A stretch of 64,000 bases of DNA from a virus (lineage: Duplodnaviria > Caudoviricetes): the IMG/VR virus record IMGVR_UViG_3300032285_001531; one strand, given 5' to 3'. The position numbers and the translations under genes are program-made. Shown here piece after piece: positions 53,314-62,732 of this stretch. Position 1 is the first letter of the stretch. Each line of letters begins with the position of its first letter. The notes beneath the pieces were generated by a model. That model did no database searches. It was not told where the DNA came from and worked only from the letters and a program-made list of their open reading frames with translations.

Positions 53314-53700
53314 ATGATGCTAGAATGGATATTGTTAGTAGTATTAATAGCACTCATATTATTGCTTGCCGTTCATTATGAATGGGATAACGGTACTTTC
53401 TTTTTTATACTTGCTGTAGTTATAATTCCGTGGTCTATTTGGCATTGGCGTGATACTCCTGAAGAATCTGCTGCCAAGTTACAAGAAAGAATACGTGAAC
53501 AGACTGAGAGTGAGCGTCCAAGAAAAATCAATGAAATTGATGGTTGCAGTATCTATGCTTTCTATCGTGTTAGTGATGGTCGTAATCATTACTTTACTAA
53601 ATGCAGTGATAAGGTAACTACAGAAAGTAGTCACACAGAATCATGCGGTAAGAATTGTACTAAACAAGTATCTGAAACTATAGTGACCGAAAAGAAATAA
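53314..53700 (+). CDS. Membrane-anchored hypothetical protein
   Basis: Two N-terminal TM segments, Cys-containing C-terminus. Confidence 0.7.
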   Translation: MMLEWILLVVLIALILLLAVHYEWDNGTFFFILAVVIIPWSIWHWRDTPEESAAKLQERIREQTESERPRKINEIDGCSIYAFYRVSDGRNHYFTKCSDKVTTESSHTESCGKNCTKQVSETIVTEKK

Positions 53701-53762
53701 GTATTGACAGTAAATTTACTCTATAATATAATCTATCTATCGTAAACAAATAGGAGAACAAC

Positions 53763-53975
53763 ATGCTATTTAAAAATCGCAAAGTTATTGATGTAGAAGT
53801 TGACGGAATTGATAAACGTGATTTCCCTGACTTTTGTGATTCATATTTTTCTAGTGCTGTTTGGGCAGATACCGGTGAGTTTCTCACTGATGAAGAATTA
53901 GAAGAAATGACATATGATTGTGCTAGTGAAAAATATGAAATTATCTATGATGATATAGTAAGTGCCTATGAGTAG
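53763..53975 (+). CDS. Acidic hypothetical early protein
   Basis: TTGACA..TATAAT upstream, AGGAG SD; DGID..DFPDFCD. Confidence 0.75.
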   Translation: MLFKNRKVIDVEVDGIDKRDFPDFCDSYFSSAVWADTGEFLTDEELEEMTYDCASEKYEIIYDDIVSAYE

Positions 53976-53978
53976 TAG

Positions 53979-54230
53979 ATGGGCATGAACAGTAAACAAA
54001 GACGAATTGATAGACGGTGTTGGAAGTATAGCGTACCCACATTATGTAGAGATTGGGACGTATACAATGACATGTGGCAATGGTTAGCTAACCGTCATGG
54101 TAAGAAAATTTATAAATGCGGTTGGCGTGAAAGAGTATCATGGGAAGATAGTTATTCCAGTAGATTAAAAGTGACATGGGAATTTCGTAAAGAAAAAGAT
54201 TTGATGGAATTTATATTGAGGTGGTCATGA
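53979..54230 (+). CDS. Short paralog family
   Basis: WEFRKEKDLMEFILRWS. Confidence 0.7.
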   Translation: MGMNSKQRRIDRRCWKYSVPTLCRDWDVYNDMWQWLANRHGKKIYKCGWRERVSWEDSYSSRLKVTWEFRKEKDLMEFILRWS

Positions 54231-54433
54231 GTAAATCTGATTACTGTAATATAAAAACAAGTGTGCCATGGCGTAGTACAGATCAATGGCGTGATCTTAG
54301 AATTTGGTTACTTGACAATGTTAATGCTCTTGACTATGATATATCATATATGGATTCAGATAACAATGAGAAGCGTGTTGTTTGGTTTGCTCATGAAAAA
54401 GATGCTGTATTGTTTACCTTGAGATGGTCATGA
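54227..54433 (+). CDS. Short paralog family
   Basis: WFAHEKDAVLFTLRWS. Confidence 0.72.
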   Translation: MSKSDYCNIKTSVPWRSTDQWRDLRIWLLDNVNALDYDISYMDSDNNEKRVVWFAHEKDAVLFTLRWS

Positions 54434-54663
54434 GTATAGGTAATGCGCTTGAAGGAAAAATATTTGGGTATCCAGAATGTTATACATGGCGGAAAACATT
54501 TGCGTGGTTACCTAGAACTACAGTTTCAGAAAAACGTGTATGGCTTAAACATATATACAAACAAAAATACTATAAAGCAACCCCGTGGTATAGTCAAAAT
54601 TATAAAATGGTACTACATGTAGAATACGCAGGGTTTTTTGATTTATTAAGAGAGACAACATGA
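54430..54663 (+). CDS. Hypothetical protein
   Basis: FAWLP..RVWLK. Confidence 0.65.
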   Translation: MSIGNALEGKIFGYPECYTWRKTFAWLPRTTVSEKRVWLKHIYKQKYYKATPWYSQNYKMVLHVEYAGFFDLLRETT

Positions 54664-55496
54664 AAATAGCAGTATGTAGTGATCTCCATTTAGAGTTTGG
54701 AGATTTAGATTTGCAAAATGATGAGGGCGCAGATGTCCTCATCCTTAGCGGCGATATCTTTATTGCTAATGATTTGAAGAATTATCAAAATGAAGATGGG
54801 TTAGTTATACCGGTTATGCAAAGTTTAGTTGATCGAGGCAAACGTTATAATAATTTTATACTACGTTGCTGTGAACGTTTCCCTGAAGTTATTATGGTGT
54901 CAGGCAATCACGAACACTATCATGGAGACTTTGCTACTACACATGATACTATTCGTAAGTCATTTAGTGATTTAGAAAACTTTAATTATTTGGACAAAGA
55001 CTTTTTAATCATCAAAGGTGTTGTATTCTATGGTGGTACATTATGGACTAACATGAATAATGAAGATCCAATCACTATGATGCAAATACGTGGTGCTATG
55101 AATGACTACATTCAGATTAAGAATACTGGTGCTAATGCAGGTGGAAAATTCTTACCAGAAGATTCAGTAGAGGATCATTATGCGTTTCGTAGAGCATTAG
55201 ACAGTGTGTTGAAAAATTATCCTGATCATAAAGTGGTAGTTGTAGGGCATCATGCGCCAAGTAAGGCAAGTACACATCCTAGATATAAAACTGAAGTTGT
55301 GATGAATGGTGCATATAGTACTGACTTAAACGATTTTATTTTGGATCGTAGACAAATTAAATTATGGACTCATGGGCATACCCATGAACCATTTGATTAT
55401 ATGATTGGCACAACTAGAATAGTATGTAACCCACGAGGTTATATTGACTTTGAGGATCGTGCTGATAATTTTAAATTACAATACGTGGAGATTTAA
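54660..55496 (+). CDS. Calcineurin-like metallophosphoesterase
   Basis: SDLHLE, GD, GNHEHY, HHAP, HGHTH; all metal ligands intact. Confidence 0.92.
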   Translation: MKIAVCSDLHLEFGDLDLQNDEGADVLILSGDIFIANDLKNYQNEDGLVIPVMQSLVDRGKRYNNFILRCCERFPEVIMVSGNHEHYHGDFATTHDTIRKSFSDLENFNYLDKDFLIIKGVVFYGGTLWTNMNNEDPITMMQIRGAMNDYIQIKNTGANAGGKFLPEDSVEDHYAFRRALDSVLKNYPDHKVVVVGHHAPSKASTHPRYKTEVVMNGAYSTDLNDFILDRRQIKLWTHGHTHEPFDYMIGTTRIVCNPRGYIDFEDRADNFKLQYVEI

Positions 55497-56036
55497 ATGA
55501 GTAGAGTATATCAAGTAATATCACTTGAAAAGAAAAATGTTGTTGTTACATATGAAATATTTGAAGATATGGGCAACAATAATATACGTGGTTGGCAAAT
55601 AGAAGAAACATATCGATGGGGTGCAGGATATCGTTCAGTAGATGATCCAATTAGTGAATGGGAAACTAATAACAACGGTATCTATTGTGACTTCAGTTTA
55701 GGTTCAGAATCAGATGATTTAGTTGCTTGCTATTATCAATTTGATGATGGATTCACTGACCAAGAAAAAGCAGATTTAGAAAATAGTTGGGAAGAAGGTG
55801 GTGCTGCTTGGTTATATGATGGAGAGCATAATTGGCAAGTAGAAGATGCAACGGTAGTTATATGTGGTCCGGTAAAAATTAACTTGATTGATGAGTTAAC
55901 AGGTGATATAATCGAAGAAGATATTAAGCCAACATCAAGTAAAGCTGAACTTAGTTGGCAAACAGTTCCTGACGATGAACTCAAAGTTTGGCCTTTCCCA
56001 GTTAATGAGATTTCTGGTAAAACTGATATAAATTAG
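55497..56036 (+). CDS. Acidic hypothetical protein (paralog of 19358-19750)
   Basis: VYQVISLEKKNV..YRWGAG. Confidence 0.75.
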   Translation: MSRVYQVISLEKKNVVVTYEIFEDMGNNNIRGWQIEETYRWGAGYRSVDDPISEWETNNNGIYCDFSLGSESDDLVACYYQFDDGFTDQEKADLENSWEEGGAAWLYDGEHNWQVEDATVVICGPVKINLIDELTGDIIEEDIKPTSSKAELSWQTVPDDELKVWPFPVNEISGKTDIN

Positions 56037-56124
56037 TTAACCTAAACTGTTGCTACAAAGATAACAATTTGCTATACTATGTTCACGTTGATAACTCAGC
56101 GAAATATTTTATAAGGAAAATGTA

Positions 56125-56385
56125 ATGAAAACTAAAGAAACTAAACAAGGTCGTTTATTGCAAGCATTTAAAAGCGGTGAGAAATTAACTGCTAAGCAAA
56201 TCGCAGCACGTTTTGGTATCAAGAATCCAACAGCAACCGTAAGTGATTTACGTTTCAGTGGTTATGCAATCTATGCAAATCCACACAAAGATACTAAGGG
56301 TCAAGTAACTACTAAGTATGAAATCGGCATGCCAAGTCGCCGTGTAGTTGCAGCTGGTTACCGCGCACTTGCATTAGGGTTGTAA
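56125..56385 (+). CDS. Winged HTH DNA-binding protein
   Basis: LTAKQIAARFGIKNPTATVSDLR. Confidence 0.75.
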   Translation: MKTKETKQGRLLQAFKSGEKLTAKQIAARFGIKNPTATVSDLRFSGYAIYANPHKDTKGQVTTKYEIGMPSRRVVAAGYRALALGL

Positions 56386-56405
56386 TCTTAATTGATTAAC
56401 AGTTA

Positions 56406-56431
56406 TGCAGCCTCTGTTTTAAAAGGCTGCA
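56406..56431 (+). terminator. Hairpin after the HTH gene
   Basis: TGCAGCCT/AGGCTGCA; weak U-tract. Confidence 0.45.
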
Positions 56432-56471
56432 ACCTTACCATATTAATAAATAATTAAAAGGGACTAACAAC

Positions 56472-56861
56472 ATGTTTTGGGATACTATATTAATCGCATT
56501 AACATTCTATTCTGGTTATAAACTTGGTAAATTTATACAAATGGTAGAATTACGACTTGCTATACGTAAACTAGCAAAAGATAACGATATTGATTTAGAC
56601 CAATTAATAGGTAATGTTACAGTAGAAGAAAATCCAAATGTGTTACTATTAGAAGCAGAACATATTGACAATGTAATATTGATTTACGACAGATTAAACA
56701 ATGAGTTTATTTGCCAGGCTGAATCAATGGAAGAAGCAGCAGAAAAATTCAATCAAAGAAAAAATAACATGCTAGGTGCATTAACGATAGATAATAAAAA
56801 TATCTATTTTGTTAAAGGTAAAATTTCAAATAATATTATAGACGCACTCAATGAAAGTTAA
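56472..56861 (+). CDS. Membrane-anchored hypothetical protein
   Basis: Hydrophobic N-terminus. Confidence 0.7.
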   Translation: MFWDTILIALTFYSGYKLGKFIQMVELRLAIRKLAKDNDIDLDQLIGNVTVEENPNVLLLEAEHIDNVILIYDRLNNEFICQAESMEEAAEKFNQRKNNMLGALTIDNKNIYFVKGKISNNIIDALNES

Positions 56862-57384
56862 TATCGGCCCGTATCCAAACGGGAACAAATCAAGAAAAGT
56901 ATCAATAAGAATAGACAGGCATGATACCTATAGTATGGATCATACCTTAGCCCTTATCATCCTTCCCATGCTTGTACAATTAAGAAATACTAAGCATGGT
57001 ATTCCACATGAGTTTGCTACAGTAGGTGGTGAGGACTATGATTCACAGGATAGTTTTGATTTCTACAAAGAGAGTCAGGATGAATCATTTAGCAAGGGTT
57101 GCGACCGTTGGGACGAAGTACTAGATAAGATGATTTGGAGTTTTGAACAAATTATAGATGATGACTATGATAGTAAATATCATCACGGTGAAGTTGAGTT
57201 TGAATGGAAAGAACTTGATGAAAAGATACATAATCCAGTAACTGGAAAAGATGAAGTTGCTCATGAAATGATTAACAAAAATAAGAATCATTGGTATGAT
57301 TATGTTGGTCATAGAATGCATGAAGATAGAATACAAGAAGGCTTAGAATTGTTTGGTAAACACTTTAGAAGTTTGTGGGATTAA
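56851..57384 (+). CDS. Hypothetical phage protein
   Basis: DTYSMDHTLA..IQEGLELFGKHFRSLWD. Confidence 0.8.
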   Translation: MKVNIGPYPNGNKSRKVSIRIDRHDTYSMDHTLALIILPMLVQLRNTKHGIPHEFATVGGEDYDSQDSFDFYKESQDESFSKGCDRWDEVLDKMIWSFEQIIDDDYDSKYHHGEVEFEWKELDEKIHNPVTGKDEVAHEMINKNKNHWYDYVGHRMHEDRIQEGLELFGKHFRSLWD

Positions 57385-57915
57385 ATGAAAGAAAAATTTG
57401 CAAAAGCATACATGAAAGTTGCACAAACCTTTGCTGAGTTAAGTTCAGCAAAACGTTTACAAGTAGGTGCAATAGTAGTAAAAGAAGATAGAATTATTAG
57501 TATCGGATACAATGGTATGCCTGCAGGATGGGATAACAATTGTGAAGATAAGACATATATGGAAGCAGGTGGTTGGATGGATCCACCCGAAATATTTGCT
57601 AGATATCCATATGAAGAAGAAATATTTGAACAACTTGGTGATGAAACTATGCAGGTTACCAAACGTAGATATAACTTGAAAACTAAACCGGAGGTACTCC
57701 ATGCGGAAAGCAATGCAATTGCAAAACTTGCTAAATCTAATGACAGTGGTAATGGCAGTACTATGTTTATTACTCATGCCCCTTGTATTGACTGCGCCAA
57801 GCTCATATATCAGTCAGGCATTAATGCTGTATATTATCGTGGAGACTATCGTTCTGACGTGGGTATCGAATTCCTCAAAAAATCAGGAGTAAGTGTTGTC
57901 CAACTCAGTGATTGA
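57385..57915 (+). CDS. dCMP deaminase
   Basis: GYNGMP, HAESNA, THAPCIDC. Confidence 0.93.
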   Translation: MKEKFAKAYMKVAQTFAELSSAKRLQVGAIVVKEDRIISIGYNGMPAGWDNNCEDKTYMEAGGWMDPPEIFARYPYEEEIFEQLGDETMQVTKRRYNLKTKPEVLHAESNAIAKLAKSNDSGNGSTMFITHAPCIDCAKLIYQSGINAVYYRGDYRSDVGIEFLKKSGVSVVQLSD

Positions 57916-58105
57916 TTGGCATACAGTTATTGTTGACTTACGTTACGGAGAGTTAGGTCCTCTTATGGATTGGTGTAAACGTAACTGCAATGATAAATGG
58001 TATGTAAGTGAAAGCGAAGCCGTTCAGTATGATCAGGAAGGCAATTACAGATTTTACTTTGAATCAGAACGAGATTACATAAACTTTATAGTTTGGAAAA
58101 AATGA
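57893..58105 (+). CDS. Short paralog family
   Basis: MDWCKRN..FYFESERDYINFIVW. Confidence 0.7.
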   Translation: MLSNSVIDWHTVIVDLRYGELGPLMDWCKRNCNDKWYVSESEAVQYDQEGNYRFYFESERDYINFIVWKK

Positions 58106-58362
58106 AGCAATTAACTTTTCATAGAGAATCAAATAACTTTGATGACATATTAAATGATTCCGAATTAAAGAAATATACAGGCACTACAATATTTTGGCAT
58201 TGTGGATTATTGATACAAATACCAGATAGTGAAACTAAACTATTAAGTTATATTGAATTAAAGTATGGTGAGAGTATTATCAAATTATGTAAAGACAGAT
58301 CACCTATTCCGTTTGTTCACTATCTTCCGAAGAAGCCTGAGCCTTCGGCTGACAAAGATTAG
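58102..58362 (+). CDS. Hypothetical protein
   Basis: ATGA coupled; last + strand gene of the block. Confidence 0.65.
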   Translation: MKQLTFHRESNNFDDILNDSELKKYTGTTIFWHCGLLIQIPDSETKLLSYIELKYGESIIKLCKDRSPIPFVHYLPKKPEPSADKD

Positions 58363-58453
58363 ATTGAGCCTCAACCATCAAACCAGGTAAAAACTTATAG
58401 AACAACATAGTTTTTACCCAGTAATCCATATACATATCAAACAACGTAAGCAT
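58304..58453 (-). CDS. Possible 49-aa ORF
   Basis: TAATG overlap with the upstream minus gene; convergently overlaps 58102-58362. Confidence 0.3.
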   Translation of the reverse strand: MLTLFDMYMDYWVKTMLFYKFLPGLMVEAQSNLCQPKAQASSEDSEQTE

Positions 58454-58767
58454 TAAGTTTTAGGTCCTGCAGATTGTTCTATAACTTCAACACCAGTACC
58501 TACTCCAAGGATACATGAAGTATCACCGTAAGTATCTATTACTGTAAATGTTTTGGTTTCAGGATTTCCCCAAAAGGATATCATATGTTGACTTGATCCT
58601 AATCCTTTTCCCACTACTATTGGTACCTCAACATATTCTTTTTTTAATGTCTGCACTATAACTGCAGTATCATCACATATTACTTCAAACGGTACAGAAT
58701 GTTGCTCTGCATTACTTAGAGTTGGTGCGATACACAGTATCCCAATCAGAAGGTAAATTTTGTTCAC
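58453..58767 (-). CDS. Secreted hypothetical protein
   Basis: Signal peptide; Cys pair. Confidence 0.7.
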   Translation of the reverse strand: MNKIYLLIGILCIAPTLSNAEQHSVPFEVICDDTAVIVQTLKKEYVEVPIVVGKGLGSSQHMISFWGNPETKTFTVIDTYGDTSCILGVGTGVEVIEQSAGPKT

Positions 58768-60766
58768 GTAGTTCTCCTATTCTTTCTATCATCATATGAT
58801 AGTATTTGTCCATCTCTGAATCAAATTCCCCATGAAGTTGGTTCAGTAGTTCTAATGCTTCATCCCACTTTTGCTTGCGGTAGTGATCCAGCATCAGGTC
58901 ATGTTCTACACGTGATACTAAATATTCTGCCATTGAGTTTGCATCTGTTTTTAATACTGTAAAGATTCTAACACCTTCAGTCTTACCTTTTACTGCTATA
59001 ATATCTAATTCTAATGTGAAGTAATCATCACTTATCTGTTCTGCTGTCTTAGGTCCTAATACAATCTTGACACCATAAGGCTTAGACTGTCCTTCCAAAC
59101 GTGAAGCAAGATTGACACCATCACCAAGGCAAGTATAGTCAAAACGTTGACTAGACCCCATATTTCCCACAACAACAGTATCGGTATTGATTCCCAGACC
59201 CATACCAAAAGCTGGCACACCTTCTTTCGTAATTTCTTCATTGAACTCAGTTAAACTTTCCATCATCTCTAATGCCGTTTTAACAGCATCTTTTGCATGA
59301 TTGCTATTACCTACTGGAGCATTCCAGAAAGCCATTTGTGCATCGCCAATATACTTGTCTAATGTACCTTTGTTTTCTAGTATCTTTTTTGTCATAGCAG
59401 TCATGTACCTATTCATGATCTTTGTAAGACCCTGAACGTCTTTGCCATAATGTTCACTGATTGTTGTAAAGCCACGAACATCAGTAAACATAATAGACAA
59501 TTCTTGGCTTTCTCCACCTAACTTAAGTAGATCGGGTTGTCGTTGCAATTGTGCAACTAAGTCTGGTGATAAGTATGTACCAAACTGTTTCTTAATTTGT
59601 TGTTTTTGTAAAAATTCACTTATGAACTTAATGCCATAGCAATGTAGCATAACCAACACACTACTAACAATAAGCGCAGTGGCATCGACAAGCCATTTGT
59701 ACTTGGTAAAAGTATAAAAACTACCGGGCACAACGCTGCCAATAATAATGACAGATATAATAATTCCAGCATATGTCCACCTTGATATAAAAATAATTAT
59801 TAGACCTACTAGTATCAAGCCTAATATCTCAGCACCGTCTATCCAATCAGGACGTTCGATGTTAACTCCATTAATCATTGTGCCAATTACTGCTGCTTGT
59901 ACATCTTGTGGATATACTGCACCACGTGCTGTTGGTACTGGATTAGCTATACCTGCTGCACTTGTTCCTACGATTACTATTGCACCACCAAAGTCTGCGG
60001 GTAAGTCAACTGCACTTACACTCTTATTACTTTGACTCCAATCAATCCATATACGACCTAATGGATCAGTGCTGATTGGTCCGAACTGAGGTATACGCAT
60101 TTTCTCTACACCTAGTTCATTTAATTTAATTTGAAAACTTGGATCACCTGCAGCAACACGTAATGTTTCTAATGCTATTGAAGGATATAGTAAATCATTT
60201 ACACTTACTACTAAAGGTAATCTACGATTAACACCATCAATCTCAGGCATTACATTTGCAATACCAACACCTGCAGCATTTTCTTCTAATGGGCTTACGT
60301 TAGCAATTAATCCAGGATACACTACAATTCTATCAACAAATTCAGGACGCATAATACTTACACCAACTTGTTTAGGTGTATTCTTACTACGTGCTGAAGG
60401 TGTGTTACTTAATACTACAGGATGAGTTGCTAATGATTCTGCTAGTGCTTCATCTTGTCCGTTACGATCGGCTTCAGGCATTAATATATTCCACACTACA
60501 AGCCCCGCATGACGTTTATATAATTCATCAATTAGATTAGCATATTCATTTCTGGGTAAAGGCCATTGTCCATACTTATCTAGTGTAGCCTCATCTATGT
60601 TTACGGTGTAGATGTTGTTTTGTGTTATAGGTTGACTGATTATTACAGTATCAAAATATCGTAGACGAATTGATTCCACAAATGCAGGATCTGCAATGCG
60701 CAATAATGCTAACAATGCTAGTGTTATTAGTGAAGTCCAAGGGCTTAATAATATTTTCTTAATCAT
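58712..60766 (-). CDS. CHASE2-domain class III adenylate cyclase
   Basis: IDEATLDKYGQWPLPR, PEIDGVNRR (CHASE2), three TM segments, FTDVRGFT, DKYIGDA, GDGVNLASRLE. Confidence 0.92.
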   Translation of the reverse strand: MIKKILLSPWTSLITLALLALLRIADPAFVESIRLRYFDTVIISQPITQNNIYTVNIDEATLDKYGQWPLPRNEYANLIDELYKRHAGLVVWNILMPEADRNGQDEALAESLATHPVVLSNTPSARSKNTPKQVGVSIMRPEFVDRIVVYPGLIANVSPLEENAAGVGIANVMPEIDGVNRRLPLVVSVNDLLYPSIALETLRVAAGDPSFQIKLNELGVEKMRIPQFGPISTDPLGRIWIDWSQSNKSVSAVDLPADFGGAIVIVGTSAAGIANPVPTARGAVYPQDVQAAVIGTMINGVNIERPDWIDGAEILGLILVGLIIIFISRWTYAGIIISVIIIGSVVPGSFYTFTKYKWLVDATALIVSSVLVMLHCYGIKFISEFLQKQQIKKQFGTYLSPDLVAQLQRQPDLLKLGGESQELSIMFTDVRGFTTISEHYGKDVQGLTKIMNRYMTAMTKKILENKGTLDKYIGDAQMAFWNAPVGNSNHAKDAVKTALEMMESLTEFNEEITKEGVPAFGMGLGINTDTVVVGNMGSSQRFDYTCLGDGVNLASRLEGQSKPYGVKIVLGPKTAEQISDDYFTLELDIIAVKGKTEGVRIFTVLKTDANSMAEYLVSRVEHDLMLDHYRKQKWDEALELLNQLHGEFDSEMDKYYHMMIERIGELREQNLPSDWDTVYRTNSK

Positions 60767-60802
60767 CTATCTACCTTATAGTTTGTAATAGTATTTAGAC
60801 AC

Positions 60803-60841
60803 AAAAAAATAGCAGTCTAACTAGATATAATTAGACCGCTA
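60803..60841 (-). terminator. Rho-independent terminator (minus strand)
   Basis: TAGC(A/C)GTCTAA/TTAGAC stem with a 7-nt U-tract; TAAATA at 60792-97 re-initiates for the cyclase. Confidence 0.55.
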
Positions 60842-60864
60842 CCAAAAACTACCGTACTACTTTA

Positions 60865-61008
60865 TTATTGTTGTTCTACTTCCCGCTTCCATTTTTCATG
60901 ATTTTGGATAACTAGTTCTATTAGTTCTATACGGTGTCTAAGTCTTAGATGGATATCCTGCACAGTATAACCATGTTCAATCATACGTAGAATTAATTCA
61001 ATGTTCAT
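60865..61008 (-). CDS. Small ORF (47 aa, not in track)
   Basis: MNIELILRMIEHGYTVQDIHLRL... Confidence 0.4.
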   Translation of the reverse strand: MNIELILRMIEHGYTVQDIHLRLRHRIELIELVIQNHEKWKREVEQQ

Positions 61009-61017
61009 TCTTATAGT

Positions 61018-61611
61018 CTAATGTTTAATATAACTATACATGCCGCACGTGCCTGGGGCACAGTTAATCATAATACTTGCTTGGTCTACTGTAGTTGGAT
61101 TATCCTGTACTACATTGACTGTTGCATTTGTTGCACCGTGTAGATAAACTTTAAACCATTTATCTGATCCTACATCACCGCTTTGGGTAGATGTTATAGT
61201 GTTACCATTATTTACATTATTACCATCAACAATTAAAGTATGAGATCCTGAACCTGTTTGTCCTATAGTAATACTGTTACCATTACCTTGTAAATTCTGT
61301 ATGTTAGCTATGTGATTACCTGAACCACTTTGATTAATGTCTATTGTGTTATTAATTCCGGCTTTAACTTCAACGGTTGCTGTTTTAGCAGCACCTTGTT
61401 GAGTTATTGTAAACACAGAATAATCTACATCACTAATACTGCCTGTGTTTATAGTGGCGGTGTGTCCTAACCCTGTTTGTTCAATAGTAACTGTATTGCC
61501 AGTACCAATTTGATCTACACTAATTGTATTGTCTGCACTCCATGCATAACCCACCACTAATAGTAGTAAAACTAAAACAAAATATAATATAGTAGCTAGT
61601 CTAAAGTTCAT
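61018..61611 (-). CDS. Secreted curlin-like repeat protein
   Basis: Signal peptide; repeats of the type IxQxGxxNxxxIxQxG. Confidence 0.7.
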   Translation of the reverse strand: MNFRLATILYFVLVLLLLVVGYAWSADNTISVDQIGTGNTVTIEQTGLGHTATINTGSISDVDYSVFTITQQGAAKTATVEVKAGINNTIDINQSGSGNHIANIQNLQGNGNSITIGQTGSGSHTLIVDGNNVNNGNTITSTQSGDVGSDKWFKVYLHGATNATVNVVQDNPTTVDQASIMINCAPGTCGMYSYIKH

Positions 61612-61612
61612 C

Positions 61613-62722
61613 TTAATGTTGTGTAATTGTTATATTGCTTGTGCCACCTGCATTGACACGATTCTTAAATTCCATACGTTCTTGATTAATAGTAATAGTC
61701 ACATCTCTAGTTTGTCTTACTGTAGCACATGCAATGTTACTGCCATTATCTTCACGACATAATTGCACAATTGGATCTTCAATGACTGCTACTACACCAG
61801 TTAATGCTACATAATCAGGTAACAGTCTAGCATTAGCATTCTCTAAATAATCCATCTGCGCTTTAAGCATAGCATTAATTAAATCAAGTATATTAACTAG
61901 AAAATCTCTTTCTAAAAAATTAACATCTAATTTACTATACTTGAATGGATCTTGTGTTGCTAATACATTATCTAGTCCTTCATATTTTAAATAATCAACG
62001 TCTAGAAAACCTTTTTTAGTATCACCACGTGCTTCATTGTTGTTCTCAGATTTAACTGGAGTCATAATCAATAAATTATTCATTTGGTCTTCATCCAGTT
62101 TTAATATAACTGGCTTCATAGGTTTTGTTTCACGTGTTTGTACTACAGTAGCCTGAAAAGGTTGATTCATTATCACAACACCTTCATCACTTGTTACACT
62201 AATCTCACCTGTCTTACAATCTGTTTTAACATCACGCCAGCCTACTGGACAACTAGGCAACAACACAATAGTACTACGACCAAGTTCATCTACTGCTGCG
62301 GTGAAGTCTGTACCACGAACACCAATTGTGGCTGATGGAGTATTAACTGCTACTGATTGTGGATTGTTCTTTGCTATTTGACCTGATGCGTAACGTACGG
62401 TACCTAATGCTATATTAACAGCAAGTTTTCCACCTGTCTTGCTGTTAGGATCATAAACAAAATCATCTATAACTAGTTTACTATTCTCCGTTACCTGTAC
62501 CTTTGTGTTGTCTGCGAACGTGAGTCCCACTTTTCCCTGTTGGGTTCTTACCGTATCTAACATCTCCAGTCCAGTCCCTTTGGACCCCGTCAACGTCTGC
62601 TTCTGTCGTAGTATCGAAGGCGGAGTCTGAACTTGTTCCGTTATCGTCCCTATTGCTGCGTTTACGTTCATTGGCGATATGCTCAGCAATAGTAAGGATA
62701 TTCTTAGGTACCATGTTTTCAT
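61613..62722 (-). CDS. FecR-domain protein
   Basis: Signal peptide; ENSKLVID, GTVRYASG, TPSATIGVRGTDF. Confidence 0.85.
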   Translation of the reverse strand: MKTWYLRISLLLLSISPMNVNAAIGTITEQVQTPPSILRQKQTLTGSKGTGLEMLDTVRTQQGKVGLTFADNTKVQVTENSKLVIDDFVYDPNSKTGGKLAVNIALGTVRYASGQIAKNNPQSVAVNTPSATIGVRGTDFTAAVDELGRSTIVLLPSCPVGWRDVKTDCKTGEISVTSDEGVVIMNQPFQATVVQTRETKPMKPVILKLDEDQMNNLLIMTPVKSENNNEARGDTKKGFLDVDYLKYEGLDNVLATQDPFKYSKLDVNFLERDFLVNILDLINAMLKAQMDYLENANARLLPDYVALTGVVAVIEDPIVQLCREDNGSNIACATVRQTRDVTITINQERMEFKNRVNAGGTSNITITQH

Positions 62723-62732
62723 CTCCTTCCCC

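Noticed and set aside
58360-58410. TAG followed by 15 more sense codons, suggesting amber recoding
   Set aside because: Long conserved genes (polB, ligase, clpX) are intact in the standard code, and other TAG stops (40644, 53975) abut the next gene
58712-58767. 56-nt overlap between the cyclase and the next minus gene as a frameshift
   Set aside because: The cyclase ends in a normal WDxVY-type tail, and the downstream gene has its own signal peptide
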